Source: a virus
Lineage: Duplodnaviria > Caudoviricetes
IMG/VR virus record: IMGVR_UViG_3300046779_001841
Location: 96,001 to 160,000 of that record
Reading direction: 5' to 3' (one strand)
Length of the DNA stretch: 64,000 nucleotides
Part shown: positions 37,110 through 46,276 of the stretch, one piece after another
How positions within the stretch are numbered: the first letter of the stretch is position 1
Layout: each line of letters begins with the position of its first letter
Made by a program: the position numbers and the translations under genes
The notes under the pieces: generated by a model
What the model saw: the letters and a program-made list of their open reading frames with translations, nothing else
Told to the model about the DNA's origin: nothing
Database searches by the model: none

Positions 37110-38461
37110 AAAGTAAGTTTCATTTCACCAATTTGATTGCCATTAACATTTTTAATGATAACTTGAGAACATTCTTTTAAATCTAACTCATTGATTTGAA
37201 TATTTTCAATCAATAAAGTAGCACCTGCAGTCATTTGGAATTTCATTCCATTGATACCTGCAGTCTTGAAAAATTTGGTTTCTGTTTTAATATCTGTTTG
37301 TTTCATAACAGTTTCTTCTTTCTGTGGAATAGGTTCTGGATCTAAAATAGATTGTGGTAAAGTTTCTAAACTAACTTGTTCTTGAAGAAGATGTTCTTGA
37401 AGAATATGTTCTTGAAGAATATGTTCTTCAATTACTGGCAAAGCTAATGGTTCATTTTGAATGACTTTTTTATCCAAGACTTTTTGATATTCATCTTGAT
37501 ATTTCATTTCCAACATTTCTTTGACATCACCTTTAAGAGTAGATGGAATACTACAACCAAAGACCATCTTAAAAGCTGAATCAATTTTATTGAAATTCTT
37601 AGTCCATTCTTTACTGAGATTTGCATCTGTAATCATATCCATTAACCAAAGTCTTTTTGTTTCAAGATTTTGTTCTTTGGTGTATTTGGGTGATTTACCT
37701 TGAATAACATGAAGCATATGATCAGACAACAAGATAACACCTTGTTCATACCATTCTTCAACTCTTTTAGGTAAATTTTCATCACTTGATGGATTATCAA
37801 TGATCTTTAGTTTTTCCATTTGTGCTAAAGAAAGATTGATGTTTTCTCTAATGCTTTTTCTATAAAAAGCGATAGGATTTTCATTATTAACATTTACAGG
37901 CACCAGTGCATATGGATGTTTCAAGCAAGATGTTTCAATCTCAATCCAATCTTCTTTTTCAATAATTTGTTTAATAAAGTTCTCAATGGTTAAAACAAAA
38001 AATTCTTCTTCTTGCTTAACATCTTCTGGAGATAGGACTTCTCTTAACATTTTAAACCTTTTTGATATTTCCCAGAAACTGGCATAGTGTTTTTGAATGG
38101 TTTCCATAGATGCTTTGATCTTTTGTGTGATTTCAATAAAAGGCACACCTAAATCATCTGCTTCTTTTTTTGCCCACTCTCTTATTGGATGACTAGACAT
38201 ATCTTTAAAATGAAAAACAATCTTTGTTGTTAAAGGCATGGTTGGAAATGATTTTTTTGTTGGATCTTTGTGTCCACCAAAAACAAGATTTAGACCTAAT
38301 TCTTTTTTCAAAGATGGTAATAGTGCTTCTTTAATGTTATCTAATCGACCACCTACAAAATAACATTGAAATGGAAAATTCAAATTCTCATTTGTAATAT
38401 GGAATGTGTTTGGATTGTTAAAGAAATCATTGACTTTAATGTCTGTTGGAATAGGAATCAT
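37106..38461 (-). CDS. DUF2325-like N-terminal domain protein
   Basis: FVGG...D.SSH...W.KK.A....VPF pattern; QEHIL repeats. Confidence 0.55.
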   Translation of the reverse strand: MIPIPTDIKVNDFFNNPNTFHITNENLNFPFQCYFVGGRLDNIKEALLPSLKKELGLNLVFGGHKDPTKKSFPTMPLTTKIVFHFKDMSSHPIREWAKKEADDLGVPFIEITQKIKASMETIQKHYASFWEISKRFKMLREVLSPEDVKQEEEFFVLTIENFIKQIIEKEDWIEIETSCLKHPYALVPVNVNNENPIAFYRKSIRENINLSLAQMEKLKIIDNPSSDENLPKRVEEWYEQGVILLSDHMLHVIQGKSPKYTKEQNLETKRLWLMDMITDANLSKEWTKNFNKIDSAFKMVFGCSIPSTLKGDVKEMLEMKYQDEYQKVLDKKVIQNEPLALPVIEEHILQEHILQEHLLQEQVSLETLPQSILDPEPIPQKEETVMKQTDIKTETKFFKTAGINGMKFQMTAGATLLIENIQINELDLKECSQVIIKNVNGNQIGEMKLTF

Positions 38462-38531
38462 TTTTTATCCTTTGTTTGTTAAAATATTTCTTATAGTAAA
38501 TGAATTGACTTTTACAGATTTTTTATGACTG

Positions 38532-38771
38532 TTATAAACAATCAGCTTCATCTTCATTATCATCAAGAACAGAGTAACAAGTATTAATTACATTCTGATA
38601 ATCACTACTCATGCAAATTTGTTGGAATGTTTGAATGTCTTTCCTAGACCAGCCTTTTCTTCTCAAACATTGACTTGTATAACCAATCAATGAGAAAGCA
38701 TTGCCATCAAGACCAACTAAACAACCATTACCTAAACCATTTTTTTCAATCAAATTTTTGAGTTCTTGCAT
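38532..38771 (-). CDS. conserved small phage protein (LVG.DGNAF..IG)
   Basis: start reset to MQELK; DGNAFSLIG...LRRKGW...SSDY resembles a common phage family (from memory). Confidence 0.7.
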   Translation of the reverse strand: MQELKNLIEKNGLGNGCLVGLDGNAFSLIGYTSQCLRRKGWSRKDIQTFQQICMSSDYQNVINTCYSVLDDNEDEADCL

Positions 38772-38799
38772 TTGTTTTTTCCTTTTTTGAAAGTGTTTG

Positions 38800-39120
38800 T
38801 TATCTGTTATAGTGTGTTTCATAGTCATCACAACCATAGTCCATTTCAAAATCTGCATAATCTTCAATCTCAGTCTTAATATATTCCACTAGACTTTCAA
38901 TAGAAGAGAACACTGCTTTTTTAGTCAAATCCACTAATTCATTATCTTCTTTTGTGATGATATAAACATCTTTATATGAAGCTAATATGTACTCATTGTC
39001 TTTGAAATCAATATCTGCAAGATATTGACCTTGCTCAAATTCAATAGAATTTGGATACATTTCACAATAAGAGATTTTAGAAGAAGTGATAGAAGATAGT
39101 GCTTGAATTAAGTTTTGCAT
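38800..39120 (-). CDS. hypothetical acidic protein
   Basis: behind a 49-bp element. Confidence 0.7.
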   Translation of the reverse strand: MQNLIQALSSITSSKISYCEMYPNSIEFEQGQYLADIDFKDNEYILASYKDVYIITKEDNELVDLTKKAVFSSIESLVEYIKTEIEDYADFEMDYGCDDYETHYNR

Positions 39121-39141
39121 TTTTGCATCCTTTTTGAGTTT

Positions 39142-39190
39142 GTCATTATCGACATATAGATAACACTTAAGGATAAGCTATCTTTGCAAC
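39142..39190 (-). promoter_or_regulatory. 49-bp element
   Basis: matches consensus. Confidence 0.8.
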
Positions 39191-39270
39191 GACTATGAAA
39201 TTTTTTTAATTTTCTTTTTATTAAATTTCTCTCTTGCATATAGATATAAAAAGATGAAAGGTGAGATACT

Positions 39271-39831
39271 ATGTTTTTTAATAATCGTATCGCCAAAGCT
39301 AATGTCAATCCTGTTCGCCAAAGAACACAATATTCTTGTGTATCTGCATCAACAGCAATGGCATTAAATTCTTTAGGTTTTGATACCACTGAAGATGAAG
39401 TTCAAAAAGTCATAGGTGCTAAACCTATGCAAGGTGCAAGGTGGGAAGAAGTTTTAGCTTGTTTGCAACATTATGGATGTAGAGGAACACTTGTTGTACC
39501 ATCAACATTAAAACAAGTTAAAGGTTGGACTGATCTTGGCAAACCTGTTTTAATCTCTTGGAATCCCGAAGGTAGAGAATGGAGCCATGCAAGTTTAATT
39601 TTTGATGTCATAGAAAAACCAGATGGTTCTATGGATGTTTATGTTGCTGATCCAAATATTCCGGATCCAGATCAAACAGTTCGTATTGTGGATTCAAGTA
39701 GTTTCTATTCTAAGTGGGCTGAAAAGTGGCCAAATTACATGGTTCGTAGACCTGCACTTATGGTAGATCGTGAAATAAACACTGAAGGTCGTCAAATAAT
39801 GGCATCTTTAAGAAAGAAAAAAGGATTTTAA
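39271..39831 (+). CDS. C39-like (papain-fold) cysteine peptidase
   Basis: RQ.TQYSC.SA, HAS.I and ADP catalytic pattern. Confidence 0.75.
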   Translation: MFFNNRIAKANVNPVRQRTQYSCVSASTAMALNSLGFDTTEDEVQKVIGAKPMQGARWEEVLACLQHYGCRGTLVVPSTLKQVKGWTDLGKPVLISWNPEGREWSHASLIFDVIEKPDGSMDVYVADPNIPDPDQTVRIVDSSSFYSKWAEKWPNYMVRRPALMVDREINTEGRQIMASLRKKKGF

Positions 39832-39832
39832 A

Positions 39833-40822
39833 ATGTTAAACAATAGAAGACGCAATAATCGTATTGCTTGTGGTTGTGGTGATGATACATCTTTATCTCA
39901 ACCTTTAATGATGAGAAGAGATTATGGTTCTCAAGATCATTTTGCTAGTGATGAAATGTTAGCTGATTTTGATAAAGAATCAAGATTTCATGAAGGACCC
40001 AAAGGTAAAAAAGAATGGAAAGAATGGTTTGAAGATCAACCTGAAGATTTTCAAGAAGAATGGAATGAGAATACAGAAAAGTATCGTGATAAATTTAAAG
40101 AAGCAAGATTTCATAGAGGACCCAAAGGCAGAAAGAATTTTGAAAAATGGATTAAGACACAACCATTTGAAGATGAATGGAATGTGAATAATTGTATGTA
40201 TAGTGGAACGATTACAGGTAAAGCACCTAAATCACAAGAATCTTGCGAACAAGAATTAGGTGTTAAACTCGCATCAAGAGTTGCCAATAGATTTATGGAA
40301 AATACCAACAATAATAGATTTCTCAATCGCACTGCTAGACATCTTATTGCATCTATTGAAACTGAAATGAATGAACTCTTATCTGAAGCAGATAAGGCTG
40401 ATGAAAAAGCTAAAGAATATAAAACTGCATGGTCTAAACAAGATCTTTCTTATTTAAAGAAATCAAATATTATTCCAGCTGATTTACATGATAAACTTGC
40501 ATCATCTTTTGATATTATTAAGAGTGCAGAAGAAATGGTAAAGAATGCAGTAAAAAAATTAAAAGCTACTGCAAAGAGTAAAAGAAAAGAAGCTAGAAAA
40601 TTAGGTAAAAAAGCTAATGCTATCATGGAACTCCAAGCAGATAGTGATGGTTCTTATATGTCTGTTTCTAATATCAATCAAATGATTACTCAATTAACTT
40701 CTCTTGCAGATGTTATTCATGCAGATACAGAATTAGAAGACTGGGTTGAAAGCAAACTTGCACACGCACATCAAAATATTCTTGATGTTGCGAACTATAT
40801 GTTCTTTTCACCTAAAGTTTAA
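39833..40822 (+). CDS. probable head-associated protein with internal repeat
   Basis: RFH(E/R)GPKG.K..W twice; KLASRVANRF; C-terminal LEDWVESKLAHA resembling a T4-like-phage hypothetical domain (from memory). Confidence 0.55.
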   Translation: MLNNRRRNNRIACGCGDDTSLSQPLMMRRDYGSQDHFASDEMLADFDKESRFHEGPKGKKEWKEWFEDQPEDFQEEWNENTEKYRDKFKEARFHRGPKGRKNFEKWIKTQPFEDEWNVNNCMYSGTITGKAPKSQESCEQELGVKLASRVANRFMENTNNNRFLNRTARHLIASIETEMNELLSEADKADEKAKEYKTAWSKQDLSYLKKSNIIPADLHDKLASSFDIIKSAEEMVKNAVKKLKATAKSKRKEARKLGKKANAIMELQADSDGSYMSVSNINQMITQLTSLADVIHADTELEDWVESKLAHAHQNILDVANYMFFSPKV

Positions 40823-41027
40823 ATTTTAGATACCATTTAATTTTCCAAATATTTTTATCTATCAAATATTCCAGCATTTCTACATACCAAAATAAAAAAA
40901 GGTAGCTTGATATTTTTACATACCAAACTACCTTCTTTTGAACTGATATTTGACTATTCAATAATATGGTGCTTACTTTGATCAATGATAGAAACCAGAA
41001 AGCCATCCATATTATTACCATAATCAC
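40812..41027 (-). CDS. small membrane protein
   Basis: 71 aa, two hydrophobic stretches. Confidence 0.4.
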   Translation of the reverse strand: MIMVIIWMAFWFLSLIKVSTILLNSQISVQKKVVWYVKISSYLFLFWYVEMLEYLIDKNIWKIKWYLKFKL

Positions 41028-41066
41028 ATCCTATCTTTAAATATAGATAGAATGTTTATTTAATCA

Positions 41067-41324
41067 TTATGCCTTTTTAACTGCAAAACCTGTAGCAAAT
41101 TTCTTCTTTGGATTGGCAAGGCTTTCTTCTTTTCTCTTAGCTTTTTCTGCTTTAGCATTTTCTAACAAATCTTTTCTTAAAGAATTTAAAGACTTGGTGA
41201 TTGCCAAAAGTTCTTTTCTTGCTCTTACACTTGGTTTGAGTTTGCCATTTTGTGCTGATTCAACATCAGTAGCGACTAATTGTAACTTTTCGATTGCTTG
41301 TGCAAGTTCTTGTGTCAATGTCAT
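41067..41324 (-). CDS. Hc1 (histone H1-like)-type basic DNA-binding protein
   Basis: G....VRARK.LL.I.K.L..LRK matches the Hc1 core (from memory); Lys-rich tail. Confidence 0.55.
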   Translation of the reverse strand: MTLTQELAQAIEKLQLVATDVESAQNGKLKPSVRARKELLAITKSLNSLRKDLLENAKAEKAKRKEESLANPKKKFATGFAVKKA

Positions 41325-41359
41325 TTGAACATATCCTTTTTGTTAAAGTGGTTTTGATT

Positions 41360-41728
41360 TCATTTGATTATACAATAATATTTTTGTAGATACTCAACAA
41401 TTTTTTTATGGGATGTCATTTTTATCACTGTTTGAAATTGTTCTTCTCCACAAATCTTTGATATATCTATCAACTCTTGCATAGTAGGTTTAATAATCGT
41501 ATTTACAAAAACATGATTTTCTTCCATATACACAAATTCATCTTTTCGGATCAATCCTTTTAGATATAAGATTATGCTACCATATTTTAAGACCCATTCT
41601 TCTGCTTCTCTCAAAGCCTTCTTTTGTTTCTTATTGATTTTTGGTATCAAATCTGGTGGCAACACTAAGACTGGATCTACCAATCTTTTAAAGTAAAAAT
41701 TTTTTCCAAGATAGTCTTTCAAATTCAT
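41360..41728 (-). CDS. hypothetical protein
   Basis: 122 aa in the polymerase operon. Confidence 0.6.
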   Translation of the reverse strand: MNLKDYLGKNFYFKRLVDPVLVLPPDLIPKINKKQKKALREAEEWVLKYGSIILYLKGLIRKDEFVYMEENHVFVNTIIKPTMQELIDISKICGEEQFQTVIKMTSHKKIVEYLQKYYCIIK

Positions 41729-41900
41729 TCGCTTCTTCCCATCGCAAGAAAATAAGTTTGTCTTTGTCTTTTACTTCATTTGTAGATGTGATGGTCAAGT
41801 TATAATACTTGACCTCGATCTTTAATTCTTTTTTCACTAATGCTGGTAATACAACTTGGTATCCATCATTGACTGCTTGAATGATTGTTGAATTTAACAT
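41688..41900 (-). CDS. hypothetical protein
   Basis: 70 aa in the polymerase operon. Confidence 0.5.
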   Translation of the reverse strand: MLNSTIIQAVNDGYQVVLPALVKKELKIEVKYYNLTITSTNEVKDKDKLIFLRWEEANEFERLSWKKFLL

Positions 41901-41902
41901 TT

Positions 41903-42397
41903 TTATTTCCCCATCTGGAATTTTCCACCAACTTTTAAAGTTTTAGCTGGAATACTCCATTCGTCTTGTTGTAGTGTTTGTTTTGGTTGTTCTTTGATTT
42001 CTTGAACATTACCTACATAATATAGGTTTTGAACAGGTGTGTTGATCTCATCATCTTGAGAAGTGATGATTTTAGGTGTTTGTTGTTTAGGTTCTGCAAT
42101 CTCATAATGTTTAGGTTGTTTAGTAAAATCTAAACTCGCAGGTGTCCATATATCAATCGTTGGATTGATATGATATTCTTCAAAATCACTGATGCCTTGA
42201 TATTGAGATGCTTCGGATTGTTTAATTGTAGGTGTATGAAAAAATCTATCATATTGAGTGAGTATTCTTTCATCCCAGTTAGAAAAAGCCCAACTTGCTC
42301 TTGCACATTTTCTATTTTTACAGACTTTACAAAAAGTATCTGTAAAGTCTTTTTCTGATAGACCTTGATCATTACACTCAAATAACAAATCTTTCAT
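41903..42397 (-). CDS. hypothetical protein with Cys cluster
   Basis: C...FC..C.N..C. Confidence 0.6.
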   Translation of the reverse strand: MKDLLFECNDQGLSEKDFTDTFCKVCKNRKCARASWAFSNWDERILTQYDRFFHTPTIKQSEASQYQGISDFEEYHINPTIDIWTPASLDFTKQPKHYEIAEPKQQTPKIITSQDDEINTPVQNLYYVGNVQEIKEQPKQTLQQDEWSIPAKTLKVGGKFQMGK

Positions 42398-42398
42398 T

Positions 42399-42620
42399 TT
42401 AATCTCTTTCTAAAGGTTCGATATATCTATTGCCATGTGTCAACCAATTTGATTGTGCTATTATCGTATCACTTTTACATACAGAAAAAGATACAAATCT
42501 TCTAAAATTTGCAATATAGATTTCTATACCATTTCCTGTTGGCGATCTGGATGATACTAAATAACAAATCACTCTATTCGTGGTTGTACAGCTACCAATA
42601 TTTTCAAACCAACAAATCAT
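42399..42620 (-). CDS. small protein, paralog family A (distant copy)
   Basis: MICWFEN, YLVSS, NFRR and W motifs. Confidence 0.75.
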   Translation of the reverse strand: MICWFENIGSCTTTNRVICYLVSSRSPTGNGIEIYIANFRRFVSFSVCKSDTIIAQSNWLTHGNRYIEPLERD

Positions 42621-42621
42621 T

Positions 42622-42843
42622 TTATTTACTTACCTTAGGTGCTAGGTAGACATTATTATGTGTACGAAAATCTGTAGTGGATATAATATCTCTATTTCTA
42701 GCTATATAGAGAGATAGTGATCTTCTAAAATTAAAAGGGTGAGTAAAGACACCTCTTTTTCTACTCGATACACTAGATAATAAGAATACATAAGTATCTA
42801 TATTAGATGTGTCATTACCACTATTTTCAAACCAACAGATCAT
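42622..42843 (-). CDS. small protein, paralog family A (distant copy)
   Basis: LYIARNRDI shared with 1044..1340; VYLAPKVSK shared with 292..555. Confidence 0.8.
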   Translation of the reverse strand: MICWFENSGNDTSNIDTYVFLLSSVSSRKRGVFTHPFNFRRSLSLYIARNRDIISTTDFRTHNNVYLAPKVSK

Positions 42844-42848
42844 TTTAT

Positions 42849-45434
42849 TTATTCCTTTAAGAGAACAGACACATCTCTGCCTTGATAGATAATCTTTAAA
42901 TGTTTATCTTTGTTCAGACTTAACCATTCAGTCAATTTATCTGCTTCACTATATGATAATTCATTTAATTCATATACCAAGTATTCTATCTTTTCTTCTT
43001 GAACTTCTGAAGGTTCGATTACATTTTTTGGTTGATCTTTATGTTCTTCTTTAAATGTAGAAACTAAAAATTCATCATCACCTATTCCTTCTCTCAATTC
43101 TTTCAAATCATAAGGCACAGACCAATCTTTCCCAATTTCAACATCGACTGTTAAAGGCACAATCCAATTCATATTTTGTAATGCTTTGTTTCTTACCATG
43201 ATATTGCATAACATAGGAATGGCTTCACCTATAATATCTTTATGGATTTCAAAAACAATTTCATCATGCACTGTTAAGATCATCATCAATTTATCAAACC
43301 AATTTCTTTTCTTAACATTTTCATAAATCAAAGACATGGCAATTTTAGTAATATCCGCACTCGTGCCTTGCACTGGTGAATTTACTGCCTTTCTTTCATC
43401 TTTAGATCTCAAACTAAATTCTTTAGATTTAATATCTGGCATTAACATTCTTCTACCAAATGCAGTTAAAACATATCCATTTTCTTTGGCAAAATCGACT
43501 TCTTTTTTCCACCATTTAGTCAATCCTTTATATGTCTTTGTGAATGTTTGGTATTTCTCATCACCTTCTTCTTGAGTGCAATTAATTGTTCTCACTACTG
43601 CTTTACCAGTACCACCATAACACAATGCAAAATTTACACCTTTCGCATTTCCTCTTAATGCTTTCCAATCTGGTCTTTTCTTTGCTTCTTCACCATAAAA
43701 AGCAACTGCAGTCAATGTATGTAGATCTCCTATTTTATCTGAACCACAAATACAAATTGAAGGTGGTACAATAGGAAAGCCATCATCACCGCGTTCTTTA
43801 GTGTATTTTCTATTGCATGATGAACATCTAAAAAACTCTTCTATCCATAATGGTTCTTTGCTAATATTTGTAACAATTCTCAATTCAACACCAGCATAAT
43901 CTATTGCCACTAGATAATGATCTGGATTTCTTACTGCAATACATTCTCTTAATTTTGATGTGATCATTGGTCTTTTTGGATCATAACCTGATGGTATCCC
44001 TTGAAAAGGAACACGACATCCACCATCTTTAACTTCCCATGGTTTACTTGTTGTCCCACAAGAAAAACGACCAGTATCTGCACCAAATTGATTAAATTTT
44101 GGTTTTAAAGTACCATCATCTGCAATATCTTCTTTCATAGGTATAAGATATTGTGTAAGTGCTTTTGCCAATTCTCTAAGTCTTTTGATCTTTCTTACAA
44201 ATGGAAAAGTGTCTTCATTTTCTTCAATTACTTCATCTAAAACATCAGCACCTGTTGCGACTTGACCACCTCCAGTTGTTTTAAGATTGGGTACTTCTAA
44301 TTCTCTAAACATCATACCTAATTGAGATGGTGAAAGAATATCATACTTATATTCAAATACTACTTCTTCTTGTTGTTTTGGATTTGTTAAACTTGCAACC
44401 ATTTTACGAGCAACAAATGTTGAATCTGGCATATCTAAATGTGGATACATACGATCTGCTTCTTTTCTTGCTTCATCTATGCAATCTTTAAAACTTTCTG
44501 TATCATCTACATTGAACTTATTGACACCTTTCAATTCGCCTTTCATAATTTTAATATATGCAGGCATGACATCTCTACCTAAAAGTTCATTTGCACCTTC
44601 ATAAACATCAATTAAACTTTCCATCCATTCTTTTTGACCAATCTTGATAAAATCTAGTGTTTTCTTTTGATCGATATACACACGATTTCTGTGCATCCAG
44701 CGAACAGATGTATTACATTTCTTTTCTATCATATAAAGACTATACATCTCTTTTGGAAATTCATTTTTTAAAATATTATAAAGTTTAAGAGTGCAAAGAG
44801 CATCTGAACCTGCATACCAAATACTTGGTTGCCAACTTGGATCAAGTGTTGAATAGTCTTTGATTTTAGCTTTAGGAATTAAATCTTCTAATTCGATCAT
44901 TTCCATATCTAATTTTTTCTTAGACATATCTTTTAAACCACGACCACCTTTATCACGACTATTCATTAAACAAGCCATGATATAGTTATCTTCCCAAAGT
45001 TTAGGATTTTCAAATCGTTCTTTACCTAAAAGTGTTTCTCCATTATATTCTAAAAACTCTTGATCGAAAGCACCATTATGAAAAACAGGTATCGCAGTAG
45101 CATTTACATTTAATAAACGACTAAATTCTCTATCTATAATTGACCATGAAACATTATGTTCTGTTCCTGCACTATGTCTGATCGGAAAATAATATGCTTT
45201 CTTTTCATTCGGTGCGATTGAAATACCTACAATAGATGCTCTTGTTCTACCATGAAACACACGATTATCTAAACCTGTTGTTTCTAAGTCTATTCCATAA
45301 TGACTAGATGCTAAACATTCATCTATTGCTTGTTTAATATTATCTTTTGTGCCTAAAAGAAGATCTACTTCTTTCATCCATTTTTTAGGTTTTACATCTG
45401 GTCTTTGTAGTGATTCAAAAAAATCTGCAAACAT
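42849..45434 (-). CDS. polA: family A DNA polymerase with 3'-5' exonuclease domain
   Basis: Exo I DLET, Exo II HN..FD, Exo III YAGSD; motif A DYAGVELR, motif B R..AK.VNF...YG, motif C VHDE. Confidence 0.95.
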   Translation of the reverse strand: MFADFFESLQRPDVKPKKWMKEVDLLLGTKDNIKQAIDECLASSHYGIDLETTGLDNRVFHGRTRASIVGISIAPNEKKAYYFPIRHSAGTEHNVSWSIIDREFSRLLNVNATAIPVFHNGAFDQEFLEYNGETLLGKERFENPKLWEDNYIMACLMNSRDKGGRGLKDMSKKKLDMEMIELEDLIPKAKIKDYSTLDPSWQPSIWYAGSDALCTLKLYNILKNEFPKEMYSLYMIEKKCNTSVRWMHRNRVYIDQKKTLDFIKIGQKEWMESLIDVYEGANELLGRDVMPAYIKIMKGELKGVNKFNVDDTESFKDCIDEARKEADRMYPHLDMPDSTFVARKMVASLTNPKQQEEVVFEYKYDILSPSQLGMMFRELEVPNLKTTGGGQVATGADVLDEVIEENEDTFPFVRKIKRLRELAKALTQYLIPMKEDIADDGTLKPKFNQFGADTGRFSCGTTSKPWEVKDGGCRVPFQGIPSGYDPKRPMITSKLRECIAVRNPDHYLVAIDYAGVELRIVTNISKEPLWIEEFFRCSSCNRKYTKERGDDGFPIVPPSICICGSDKIGDLHTLTAVAFYGEEAKKRPDWKALRGNAKGVNFALCYGGTGKAVVRTINCTQEEGDEKYQTFTKTYKGLTKWWKKEVDFAKENGYVLTAFGRRMLMPDIKSKEFSLRSKDERKAVNSPVQGTSADITKIAMSLIYENVKKRNWFDKLMMILTVHDEIVFEIHKDIIGEAIPMLCNIMVRNKALQNMNWIVPLTVDVEIGKDWSVPYDLKELREGIGDDEFLVSTFKEEHKDQPKNVIEPSEVQEEKIEYLVYELNELSYSEADKLTEWLSLNKDKHLKIIYQGRDVSVLLKE

Positions 45435-45478
45435 GATTGTCCTTTTAATAAAAAGAGTTCAATCATCTTATAGTATTT

Positions 45479-46213
45479 TTAATTCTCTTCATCAATATAT
45501 CTATGTGCTTTAATTTTATACTGGCAACTCATCTCAATACCTACATTTAAACGATTGACTTCAAAACTCATCACAATCTTTTCTAATTCTGTTATATCTA
45601 ATTTTTGATCGTCAATCACAATTACACCAATACCAGGAATCTGACCAATATTTTCTTTAGCTAAATTGATGTTTTCTTGAAATACACGATCAATAAAATC
45701 TTCTATATCTTCTTCTTCAAAAAAACCATCTTCACTATTATCCCAACTCTCATCATCATCATCATCATCAGTACCTTTGATTTGACTTTGAAGTTCTTTC
45801 ATCAAACCATCTTTACCTGTATCTGTAGATAAATCACTTTTGATTGCATTTAAAAGATCAGCTTGATTGCCATAATTCTTTACTGCTTTAAGTAACTTTT
45901 TTGCCATATCGCTATGCAAAATATTCCCTTGAAAGAACATTCTAAATCCTACAATCACATCATCAACTTTAATTTCTTTAGTGTTTGCAAAACTTGCTTT
46001 AGTCAAAATCGCTTCACCTTTAATTTTTTCTAATGGTGTTAAAGATTTAGTAGCATAGATTTTTAAATTCATAATCTCTTCTGCTAATGCAGAAATTAAA
46101 GCATCTGCGACTAACTTTTCTTTATCCATAGGTATTAAATTAAAGAGATTTCCAAATGCTAATTTCACAATAGATGTTGGACTTGCATATTTACTGATAT
46201 ATGAATATTTCAT
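45479..46213 (-). CDS. hypothetical protein
   Basis: 244 aa, acidic patch. Confidence 0.65.
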   Translation of the reverse strand: MKYSYISKYASPTSIVKLAFGNLFNLIPMDKEKLVADALISALAEEIMNLKIYATKSLTPLEKIKGEAILTKASFANTKEIKVDDVIVGFRMFFQGNILHSDMAKKLLKAVKNYGNQADLLNAIKSDLSTDTGKDGLMKELQSQIKGTDDDDDDESWDNSEDGFFEEEDIEDFIDRVFQENINLAKENIGQIPGIGVIVIDDQKLDITELEKIVMSFEVNRLNVGIEMSCQYKIKAHRYIDEEN

Positions 46214-46276
46214 TTTTCATCCTTTGTTTATCTTTCCAATATACAAAGGACATCTCAATTAAATAACTATTAAACT

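Noticed and set aside
42849-45434. Intein or intron in the DNA polymerase
   Set aside because: No C/S...HN splice motifs or LAGLIDADG blocks; the ORF is continuous and of ordinary length.
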